DNA from: Planctomycetota bacterium
GTDB taxonomy: Bacteria > Planctomycetota > UBA8108 > SXIK01
Assembly (NCBI GenBank): GCA_965223845.1
Contig: CBDCXR010000004.1
Coordinates: 4,992,001-5,056,000 of the forward strand
Length of the DNA stretch: 64,000 bases
Reading direction: 5' to 3'
The notes below the pieces were generated by a model, which worked only from the letters and a program-made list of their open reading frames with translations, was not told where the DNA came from and searched no databases. Numbering within the stretch: position 1 is the first letter of the stretch; each line of letters opens with the position of its first letter. Below are positions 9,154-17,563 of the stretch, piece after piece. A program made the translations under genes and the position numbers.

Positions 9154-11235
9154 TCACCGCCCGAGCATCTCCGAAAAGCGATGGATCGCGGGCTCGAGCT
9201 CCTGTCGATCGGTGAGAACGGCGGCGAACAGCTCGCCGCGATGCGCGATGCGCCGTGCCATCGTCTCGAGGCTGAAGTCTTCGCGCCGGAGCTTCGAGTC
9301 GAGCTCGTCCCACTCGAGCGGCGCGGACACCGTCGCCGCCTCGACCGGCCGGACGACGTACGGCGGCACGACCGTCTGCCCGCGGCGGTTCTGCAGGTAG
9401 TCGATGTACACCTTGCCCCCGCGACGGGCCTTCACTCGCTCGACCGTACAGAGATCGCTTCGCTCGGAGGCTATGTGCCGCGCGACGCCTTCGGCGAACA
9501 TCCGCGTCTGCTCGTAGGAATAGCGCGCGACGAGCGGAACGAACACATGGACTCCGCTCGCGCCCGACGTCTTCACGTACGGCCTGAGTCCGATCCCACG
9601 CAGCACTCGACCGACGCGCTGAGCGACTCGGACGACGAGCGAAAACTCGGCACCGTTGGGATCGAGGTCGAACACGATCCAGTCCGGCACATCGAGGCTG
9701 CCGACGCTCGACAGCCACGGGTGAAGATCGATGCTGCCGAGATTGACGAGGTACGCGAGCGTCTCGCGATCGTCGCACACCGGATATCGCACCGGCTCGC
9801 CGTCCGCGTCGATGACGGTCTCCGTACGAACCCACACGGGCGCCGTGTCGGGGAGATTGTGGTGATAGAACGACTTTCCGTCGATCCCGTCCGGAAAGCG
9901 CCGGAGGTGACAAGGGCGACCCCGAAGGTGCGGGAGGAGCGCGTCGGCGACATCGTGGTAATAGTCGAGAAGATCTCCCTTCGTGCATCCGCGCGAAGGA
10001 AAATAGATTTTCTGTCGATGCGTGAATCGAACGCGACCGAACTCGCTCTTGCGAGTACCCGAAGCAGCGCGGAGAACGTCGAGGGCGCTTCCCGAGATCG
10101 GCTCTCGACCGGGAAGCTCGATGCGTCGCCACGTCGGCGATGTACCGTGCACGTACGGACTCGCCGCGCATTTCGCGATCACGCCGCCGAGCCCGGCGGT
10201 TGCGACCGATCGAGCGAAGGATCCACCCTCGGCGCGCACCGACTCGACGAACGAGATCGCCCGCGAGCGGGGTACGATCGATCGGAGGATCTGCCGTCGT
10301 TCATAGAGGGTCAGCTTCTCGACGTTCCACCGGTCGTACTGAACGATGTCGAAAGCGCAGAGGGTGAGTTCATCTCCCGTGTCCTCGGCGAGCCTCCGTT
10401 CGAGTCGAGCACGCGAGGGGCGGGAGTCGTCGTCGAGGCACACGAGGACTCCGTCGAGAGCCGCAGTCCGTGCGCGCAGCTTTCGCAGCGAAGCGAGAAC
10501 GGAGTCGGTCTTTCCTTCGACCGCGCGGCCGCTCGAGTCGCGAAGTCGCACGTCCTCGCCGCGCTTGAGCGCAGAAACTCGCATGCCGGCGAACTCAATC
10601 TCGAAGAGCCACTCGTGATCCGTGAACGGGGGCGTCGTCGCTTCGGGCTCCATGGGAACCAGCCGCCGCGGGAACTCGCGCGCAGGAGCGCGCCCGAAGT
10701 CGACCCCGAATGGATACGGCGGATCATCGGCGTCGCGCTCGTAGACATCGCGCCCCTTGATGAGAAGCCACTCCTTGGGATTCCTCGAGGTACGAACGAG
10801 ATGCCACTCGCCGCGGAGACGCTCACCGTCGAACTCGACGACGAGCTTGCCCGCGTCGGCGCCCTCCTCCACCGTGCCTCCTTCGAGCACGCGGTAGACG
10901 CCCTTGTCCCAAATCGTCATCGTTCCGGCGCCGTACTCGCCCTCGGGAATCACGCCGTCGAAGTCGACGTATTCGATGGGATGGTCTTCCGTGCGAACCG
11001 CGAGCCGCTTGTCTTCGCGTGAGTAGCTGAATCCGCGCGGGACGGCCCACGACTTCAGCACCCCACCGGATTCGAGGCGGAGATCGTAGTGGACGTGCGT
11101 CGCTTCGTGGCGATGGACGACGAAGACCTGCGCCTCCGAAGTGGCGCGCGTCGCTCGAGAGCCGGTCCGAGCACTCGGCTCGGGCGTCTTTCGAAAATCC
11201 CGCTTTCGCCGATATTCACTGAGGTCGTCGGACAT
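9154..11235 (-). CDS. ligD: LigD-like NHEJ protein: 3'-phosphoesterase + degenerate ligase (NTase) domain + AEP polymerase
   Basis: PE domain: LSEYRRKRDF..TPEP, HEATHVHYDLRLE, SWAVP, EDHPIEY. POL domain: FDLDP, KTSG..GVH, YIDYLQN..GQT..PY..R. The middle domain aligns to ligase motifs but reads EIEFAGMR instead of ExKxDGxR. Start at MSDDLSEY (11235). Confidence 0.92.
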   Translation of the reverse strand: MSDDLSEYRRKRDFRKTPEPSARTGSRATRATSEAQVFVVHRHEATHVHYDLRLESGGVLKSWAVPRGFSYSREDKRLAVRTEDHPIEYVDFDGVIPEGEYGAGTMTIWDKGVYRVLEGGTVEEGADAGKLVVEFDGERLRGEWHLVRTSRNPKEWLLIKGRDVYERDADDPPYPFGVDFGRAPAREFPRRLVPMEPEATTPPFTDHEWLFEIEFAGMRVSALKRGEDVRLRDSSGRAVEGKTDSVLASLRKLRARTAALDGVLVCLDDDSRPSRARLERRLAEDTGDELTLCAFDIVQYDRWNVEKLTLYERRQILRSIVPRSRAISFVESVRAEGGSFARSVATAGLGGVIAKCAASPYVHGTSPTWRRIELPGREPISGSALDVLRAASGTRKSEFGRVRFTHRQKIYFPSRGCTKGDLLDYYHDVADALLPHLRGRPCHLRRFPDGIDGKSFYHHNLPDTAPVWVRTETVIDADGEPVRYPVCDDRETLAYLVNLGSIDLHPWLSSVGSLDVPDWIVFDLDPNGAEFSLVVRVAQRVGRVLRGIGLRPYVKTSGASGVHVFVPLVARYSYEQTRMFAEGVARHIASERSDLCTVERVKARRGGKVYIDYLQNRRGQTVVPPYVVRPVEAATVSAPLEWDELDSKLRREDFSLETMARRIAHRGELFAAVLTDRQELEPAIHRFSEMLGR

Positions 11236-11528
11236 CCGGTTCGCTCTCCCTCGAGTCACCGCGAACGATCGTACCGCGGAACCGGCCGGAACGAGCCCCC
11301 GCCGCTCCACGAGTTATCGGACGCAGTGCGGCCACTCTCGTTCACTTCACCGAGATTCACACAACGCGCGGGGGGTCACCGGCCGATATTCCCGTCCAGG
11401 AACCGAACCACGCGAAGCTAGCGGGCGCAAAATTGTTAGAGGCCCTCGCACCGAGCGGGTAGGTTCGAATCGGTCGGGCGCACGACGCGCGAAACCTCAG
11501 GACGCCAGCGAGAGAGAGGGTTTCCAAT

Positions 11529-12422
11529 ATGGCTCCGCGTTCGAGCTGGAAGGGATTCATCCGGCTCAGTCTCGTCTCGATCCCCGTAAAGGCGTACACC
11601 GCGAATGCGACGGGATCCGAGATTCGGCTGAATCAACTGCACCGCGACTGCAACAGCCCGATCAAGTACCGCAAGGTCTGCCCAGCGCACGGTGAGCTCG
11701 ACGCCGAGTCGATCGTCTCCGGCTACCAGTACTCGAAGGGCCAGTACGTCGTCATCGATCCGAAGGAGATCGAGCAGCTCCGCACGGAGAGCGACAAGGC
11801 GATTGCGATCGACGGCTTCGTCGAGCGCGGCGCGATCGACGCGCGTTACTTCGCGGGCAAGAATCACTACCTCGTTCCCGATGGGCCCGTCGGGCAGAAG
11901 GCGTACGTGCTCCTTCAGAGAGTGATGGACGAAAAGGGGCTCCACGCGATCGCTCAGGTGGTTCTCTCCGGCAAGGAACAACTCGTCGCACTCCGCACGG
12001 TTGGACGGCTCCTCGTGATGACCGGACTCTCGTACGAGAGTCAAGTGAAGCGGCCCGATCTCTTCGAGGACGAAGTCGTCGACGTCGACGTCTCTCGCGA
12101 CGAGCTCAAGCTGACCGAGAACCTCGTCGACGCGACCACGTTCGCCGAGCTCGATCTCGCGAAGTACAAGGACGTCTACGTCGAGAAGTTGACCCAGCTC
12201 ATCGAGGCGAAGGTCGAAGGGAAAGAGATCGTCGCCGCGCCGGACACTGAAGAGCCCAAGGTGATCGAGCTCATGGAGGCCCTGAAGCGAAGCGTCGCGG
12301 ACGCGGCGGCGCAGACGCCGGCCGGAGGCACACCGGCGAAGAAGTCCAAGGCGAAGAAGAAGATGGCGCCGAGCGCCGGCTCAAAGCGGCAAGCCGCGAA
12401 GAAGAAGCGAAAGACGAGCTGA
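11529..12422 (+). CDS. ku: Ku protein (non-homologous end joining)
   Basis: R.SWKGFIRLSLVSIPVK, QLHRDC...CPAHG bridge, GYQYSKGQYVVI, IAIDGFV, VIELMEALKRS, Lys-rich C-terminal tail. Confidence 0.96.
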   Translation: MAPRSSWKGFIRLSLVSIPVKAYTANATGSEIRLNQLHRDCNSPIKYRKVCPAHGELDAESIVSGYQYSKGQYVVIDPKEIEQLRTESDKAIAIDGFVERGAIDARYFAGKNHYLVPDGPVGQKAYVLLQRVMDEKGLHAIAQVVLSGKEQLVALRTVGRLLVMTGLSYESQVKRPDLFEDEVVDVDVSRDELKLTENLVDATTFAELDLAKYKDVYVEKLTQLIEAKVEGKEIVAAPDTEEPKVIELMEALKRSVADAAAQTPAGGTPAKKSKAKKKMAPSAGSKRQAAKKKRKTS

Positions 12423-12512
12423 TGCGGCGCTGCGATTCCGAGGTCGGACGCGAGCCACTCGCGCGCGGCCACGCCGTTTGACGTCCGAACGAAGATCGAT
12501 CGACTGCCGCCG

Positions 12513-13430
12513 ATGTCCGCGCGGGAATCTCTCCCATCGTTCGTTCCTCCGATGCTCGCCTCTTCCGGCGAGCCCTTCGACGGTGAAGATTGGTTCTTCG
12601 AGGTCAAGTGGGATGGAATGCGCGCGCTCGCCTTCGTCGAAACCGACTCCGTTCGGATCGTGAACCGGCAGCGGCGCGACGCCACGCTGCGCTATCCGGA
12701 GCTCGCTCCGTTCTGCGAGCTGCCGCCGGGATCCGTCATCGACGGCGAAATCGTCGTCTTGCGGAGCGGGAAACCCGATTTCGAGCGTCTCGTCTCGCGC
12801 GAGCAGGCTCGCTCCGCCCGGCGCGCGCGAATCGCCGCCCAAACGAATCCGGCGACGTTCATCGCGTTCGATCTCCTCTACGAGAAGTTCGTTCCGATCC
12901 AGTCGCGAGCACTCCGCGAACGACGCGAGCGGCTTCGTACCCTGCTCGAGAGCGCGAAGGTCGATCCCGTAGTGCTCTCCGATGGAGTGGAGGCAGAAGG
13001 CCGAGCGTTCTTCGACGGAGTCTGCGAACGCGGCCTCGAAGGTGTCGTCGCGAAGCGACTCGAGAGCCGTTACACGCCGGGAGTCCGCAGTCCGCACTGG
13101 ATCAAGATCAAGCGCCGCCACCAGCTCTGTTGTGCGGTGATCGGCTACCTGGCCGAAGGCGACGATGTGAGGAGTCTCGTCATCGCAGCGGACACCGACG
13201 GCGGACTCGCGTACGTCGGACGCGTCGGCAGCGGGATCGACGAAGCCACGCGCGCTCGGCTCCTCGAGGAGCTCGCGCGCCGCCCGGCCGAGCAGCCGAT
13301 CGTCGAGTGCCCGATCGCGGCGCGCTGGGTCGCTCCGGGCGTCTACTGTACCGTCGATTACCTCGAGATCAGCAAGAGCGGAAAGCTGCGGGGGCCGGTG
13401 TTTCGCTCACTCGTCATCGACGGCGATTGA
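12513..13430 (+). CDS. Stand-alone ATP-dependent DNA ligase (LigD ligase-domain / LigC-like, NTase+OB)
   Basis: Intact motifs: PMLA, EVKWDGMRA (I), DGEIVV (III), FDLL (IIIa), EGVVAKR (IV), WIKIK (V); OB fold VGRVGSG...LRGPVF. Confidence 0.93.
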   Translation: MSARESLPSFVPPMLASSGEPFDGEDWFFEVKWDGMRALAFVETDSVRIVNRQRRDATLRYPELAPFCELPPGSVIDGEIVVLRSGKPDFERLVSREQARSARRARIAAQTNPATFIAFDLLYEKFVPIQSRALRERRERLRTLLESAKVDPVVLSDGVEAEGRAFFDGVCERGLEGVVAKRLESRYTPGVRSPHWIKIKRRHQLCCAVIGYLAEGDDVRSLVIAADTDGGLAYVGRVGSGIDEATRARLLEELARRPAEQPIVECPIAARWVAPGVYCTVDYLEISKSGKLRGPVFRSLVIDGD

Positions 13431-13559
13431 GGGGAACGAGTCGGAGAGTTCCCGCGCGAGAGTTGCAAAACCGACGACGAGGTTCCAGGCTCTCCCGTAC
13501 GAAAAGTGCGGCCGGGGGGACCGACCGCAGGCTCGAATCGGGTGACGGCAGCGGAGACG

Positions 13560-14771
13560 ATGAAAGACTACGTCCCGGTCGAAAGGCGGCTCGCCGGCCT
13601 CGAGTTCGCATTCACCGGCCGACTGGCGTCGATGACGCAATCCGAAGCCGAGCGCGTCGTCGTGGCGCACGGTGGGCGTTGCGTTCAGCTCCCCGGCCGA
13701 CGGACTCGATTCCTCGTCGTAGGGGGAGAGGGTCCGCCCATCGGACGCGACGGCAACGTCAGCCGAAAACTCTCTCGCGCACGCGAGCTCGAGGCGGAGG
13801 GACTCTCGATCGAGATCCTTCCCGAAACCGAATTCCTGCGGAAGCTCGATCTCGAGAGCCGCGATGAACGCGTCCGCCAACTCTTTACGACCGCTCAGAT
13901 CACGAGGCTCCTGGGCGTTCCTCGCGACACCGTGCGACGGTGGGTTCGCCTCGGCATCCTGCGTCCGGCGGTAACCGTCCACCGTCTCGCGTACTTCGAG
14001 TTCGCGCAAGTAGCGAGCGCGCGGGCCCTCTGCGCGCTCCTTCAAGAGAATGTCCCGCTTCACCGGATTCGCCGGAGCCTCGAACAGCTGCGCGACTGGA
14101 TGCCCGACATAGAGAACCCGCTCGCGCAATTGAGCCTCCTCCACCACGATCGAGAGCTCCTCCTTCGTCTCGAGTCGGGAGACATCGCGGACACGAGCGG
14201 TCAGCTCTATTTCCCGTTCGACGAATTTCAACCCGGCGATCATTCGCCATCGTCCTCGCCGCGAGACGCGGAACGATCCCGTCGCGCCGAGCAGATCCTC
14301 ACGCCGATCGGTCCGGCGGCCGCGGGCCAGAGCGATTTCGAGCGCGGTCTCGCTCGCGAGGACGTCGGTGACCTCGACGGTGCGGCTGCCGCGTACGAAG
14401 AAGCGCTGACCGCGGGGGGCGCGAAACCGGAGGTTCACTTCAACCTCGGAAACGTGCGCTACGAGCAGGGTGATCGCGCCGCCGCGGCCGAACAGTACCG
14501 TGCGGCGCTCGAGCTCGATCCCGAATACGTAGAGACTTGGAACAATCTCGGAAACACGCTTTCGGAGTTGGGACGAACCGCAGAGGCCGTAGTCGCGTAC
14601 CGCGAAGCCCTCCGACTCGCGCCCGAGTACGCCGACGTTCATTTCAATCTCGCGGAGCTTCTCTACGAAAGCGGTGACGACGCTGAGGCACGGTCTCACT
14701 GGCGCACGTACCTCCGCTACGATCAACACAGCGAATGGGCCGCTCTGGCTCGACGGCGGCTCGAGGAGTGA
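13560..14771 (+). CDS. BRCT domain - MerR-like HTH - TPR protein
   Basis: BRCT: LAGLEFAFTGRLASMTQSEA..VV.AHGG......TRFLVVG...KL.RA.EL...IEILPE.EF. HTH: FTTAQITRLLGVPRDTVRRWVRLGIL. TPRs: VHFNLGNV, TWNNLGNTL, VHFNLAELL. GGAG RBS before ATG 13560. Confidence 0.88.
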   Translation: MKDYVPVERRLAGLEFAFTGRLASMTQSEAERVVVAHGGRCVQLPGRRTRFLVVGGEGPPIGRDGNVSRKLSRARELEAEGLSIEILPETEFLRKLDLESRDERVRQLFTTAQITRLLGVPRDTVRRWVRLGILRPAVTVHRLAYFEFAQVASARALCALLQENVPLHRIRRSLEQLRDWMPDIENPLAQLSLLHHDRELLLRLESGDIADTSGQLYFPFDEFQPGDHSPSSSPRDAERSRRAEQILTPIGPAAAGQSDFERGLAREDVGDLDGAAAAYEEALTAGGAKPEVHFNLGNVRYEQGDRAAAAEQYRAALELDPEYVETWNNLGNTLSELGRTAEAVVAYREALRLAPEYADVHFNLAELLYESGDDAEARSHWRTYLRYDQHSEWAALARRRLEE

Positions 14772-15053
14772 GCCCGCGATCGATTCCGGACCCGAGACTA
14801 TGATGCGTGGTCGCGGTCCACCGTGAAGGTCCACGCACCCGCGGTGCGCGCGACGAATCGATGAATGACGACCTTACAATCGCCGATTCGAGCGCGGAGA
14901 CGAGGTCGCGTGCTGTCACCGGGGACGAGTTTCGCGCCGTCGCGATCGGGTCCGAAGCAACGCTCGCATCGTCTCCGACTCTCGATCAAAATGGGCGGCT
15001 GCGTTCGACACCTACCGCGCGAACGATTCAGCCCGCCGATCAAGGAAAGACTC

Positions 15054-17537
15054 ATGCCTCGATTCTCCGTCCGCGTAGCGCCCCGGCTCGCCGTCGCGCT
15101 CACTCTCTCGTCGATCGCGTTGTTTTCGCCGGCGCATTCGGAAGAAGCCGGTGAGGGACCATGGTGGAGCGAGCGCGCGGACACCACGCTCGCCGGCGCG
15201 GGCGAAAACGCTGAGCAACTCCGAGAGGCTCTCGGCCGCGTGCCCGCCGAGCAGCGGCCGGGAATGCAGTTCATCGTCGAGAACATGCCGAAGTCGGACG
15301 CCGCCGAGCTCTCCGCCGAGTTTCTCCTCGAGAACGTCGCGCTCGCGTACAAAGCCCGCGCCGAGATGCCCTGGGGGAAAACCGTGCCGGAGGACATTTT
15401 TCTGAACGACGTCCTCCCCTACGTCAACGTGAGCGAAACGCGGGAGGCGTGGCGAAAGGACTTCTTCGAGCGATTCCGGCCGGTCGTCGAAGACTGCAAG
15501 ACGGCGGCGGAGGCCGCGCAGCGGCTCAACGAAAAGATGTTCGGGATCATCGGGGTCAAGTACTCCACGAAGCGACGGCGAGCGGACCAAAGTCCGTCGG
15601 AGAGCATCGAGATCGGCATGGCGTCGTGCACGGGACTCTCGATTCTCCTCGTCGACGCGTGCCGCGCGGTCGGAATCCCGGCGCGCGTCGTCGGGATTCC
15701 GCGCTGGCCGAACAAGCGCGGGAATCACACGTGGGCCGAGATCTGGGACGGGTCGTGGCACTTCACCGGGGCGTGCGAACCGAATCCTCGCGGTCTCAAT
15801 CACACCTGGTTTCAGAAGGACGCGGCCCTCGCACAAAAGGACAATCCGCGTCACGCGATTTGGGCGGCGAGCTTTCGCCGGACGGAGACGCCGTTCCCGA
15901 TGGTGTGGTCGCGCGACGCCGATCGGGTGAGTGCCGTCAACGTGACCGATCGGTACGCCAAGAAGGCCGTCGTCCCCGAGGGATTCGTTCGGCTTTTGGT
16001 GAACGTCTACGACCGCGCGGGCGGGGAGCGCATCGCCGCGAAGGTCAGCGTCGCGCCGGCAGAAGGCGAGCCGGAGGCGGTCCGTCGCGACACGAAGAGC
16101 GGGACCAGCCGCGACGTAGGAGCGGATACGAACGACATCCTCGGGTTCGAAGTTCCGAAGGAGCGGCGCTACATCGTCCGCGCGGAAGCGGGCGATCGGC
16201 GGGGCGAGAGGGAGGTCGAGATCGAATCGAGCCAGAAGACCGTGTCGCTGGTGCTCGCGGGCGACCCGACGGTGGGCGAAGACGCCGCTCCAGATCCCGC
16301 TCCCAGCGCGAAACTTCCACCGGCGCGCCGAGCCGCGCTTCGGTCGGCGCTGGACGCGTACTTCGCGGCGGACGCGAACGCGCGCGAAAAGCACGCCTTT
16401 GCCGACGATCTCGAGTCGATCCTCCGCGAGGACGACGCCGCAGCACGCAGCGTGGCGTGGGAAGCGTACCGGGAAGCGGACCTCCACGCCGAAGCGAAGC
16501 AGAACTTTAAGGAAAACGTCGTGCGGTGGAAGGAGTACGAGAGTCCCTACGTCGTCCGCTCCGTCGGCACGAAGCCTGATGCGGGGTGGCCGCTCTTCAT
16601 CGCGATGCACGGCGGCGGAGGAACGGCTCAGCGGATCAACGACCAGCAATGGCGCGTCATGCAGCGGTATTATCGCGATCAGGACTCGGTCCCGGGCTAT
16701 CTGTACCTCGCGCTTCGGGCGCCGAACAACAAGTGGAATGGCTTCTACGACGACTACGTCTATCCGCTCGTCACCAATCTGATCCGTCAGTTCCTCCTCT
16801 TCGGCGATGTCGACCCCGACAAAGTCTTCATCATGGGTTACTCCCACGGCGGGTACGGTGCGTTCGCGATCGGACCGAAGATTCCGTACCGCTTCGCGGC
16901 GATTCACAGCTCGGCGGCGGCGCCGACGGACGGTGAAACCTCAGCGAAAACGCTGCGCACGACGGTATTCACCTACATGATCGGCGAGCGCGACCTCCGC
17001 TACGGCCGGCTGAAACGATGTCAGGCATTCGACGAGCTCATCACGAAGCTCCGTGGCGAGCGCTCGGACATCTATCCAGTTACGATGGAGTACAAGGAAG
17101 GCTTCGGGCACGGCGGCCTTCCCGACCGCGACAAGATCCGCGACATGTACTCGGCGAAGAGGAACGCATCGCCCCGGGAGATCACGTGGGAGATGACCGA
17201 CACCGTCGTCCGTGATTTCTTCTGGCTCGCCGTCCCCGATCCCGCGAAGAAGAAGGAGATCGACGCCGCAATCAAGAAGAACGCCGTCGAGGTGACAACG
17301 ACGAACGTGGCGGCATTCGCGCTCCTTCTCGACGCGCGGCTCGTCGACTTCGAGCGTCCGATTCAGGTCAAGCTCAACGGCGAGAAGCGAACCGTCGAAG
17401 CGAAGCCGAGCCTGCGAACGCTCTGCGACTCCCTTCTCGAGCGCGGTGACCCGCAACTCGCGTACACCGCTCGAGTGTCCTTCGAAGTCGCGCCGACCGA
17501 AGTTGCGCCGACGGCTTCGTCGACCGGCAGCGACTAG
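15054..17537 (+). CDS. Secreted transglutaminase-like domain + alpha/beta-hydrolase (esterase) fusion protein
   Basis: Signal peptide after AAGGA RBS; TGase-like ASCTGLS...GIPARVVG...GNHTWAEIW; hydrolase MHGGGG, GYSHGG, GHGG. Confidence 0.85.
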   Translation: MPRFSVRVAPRLAVALTLSSIALFSPAHSEEAGEGPWWSERADTTLAGAGENAEQLREALGRVPAEQRPGMQFIVENMPKSDAAELSAEFLLENVALAYKARAEMPWGKTVPEDIFLNDVLPYVNVSETREAWRKDFFERFRPVVEDCKTAAEAAQRLNEKMFGIIGVKYSTKRRRADQSPSESIEIGMASCTGLSILLVDACRAVGIPARVVGIPRWPNKRGNHTWAEIWDGSWHFTGACEPNPRGLNHTWFQKDAALAQKDNPRHAIWAASFRRTETPFPMVWSRDADRVSAVNVTDRYAKKAVVPEGFVRLLVNVYDRAGGERIAAKVSVAPAEGEPEAVRRDTKSGTSRDVGADTNDILGFEVPKERRYIVRAEAGDRRGEREVEIESSQKTVSLVLAGDPTVGEDAAPDPAPSAKLPPARRAALRSALDAYFAADANAREKHAFADDLESILREDDAAARSVAWEAYREADLHAEAKQNFKENVVRWKEYESPYVVRSVGTKPDAGWPLFIAMHGGGGTAQRINDQQWRVMQRYYRDQDSVPGYLYLALRAPNNKWNGFYDDYVYPLVTNLIRQFLLFGDVDPDKVFIMGYSHGGYGAFAIGPKIPYRFAAIHSSAAAPTDGETSAKTLRTTVFTYMIGERDLRYGRLKRCQAFDELITKLRGERSDIYPVTMEYKEGFGHGGLPDRDKIRDMYSAKRNASPREITWEMTDTVVRDFFWLAVPDPAKKKEIDAAIKKNAVEVTTTNVAAFALLLDARLVDFERPIQVKLNGEKRTVEAKPSLRTLCDSLLERGDPQLAYTARVSFEVAPTEVAPTASSTGSD

Positions 17538-17563
17538 CGCGACTGAGCGACCGTGCCTCCGCG

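Noticed and set aside
9181-11022. 613-aa plus-strand ORF (likewise 15012-16907, 23594-26011, 35145-37397, 47236-48693, 55728-57617, 57629-59986)
   Set aside because: Antisense shadows of well-supported genes, expected at high GC3; no recognisable motifs
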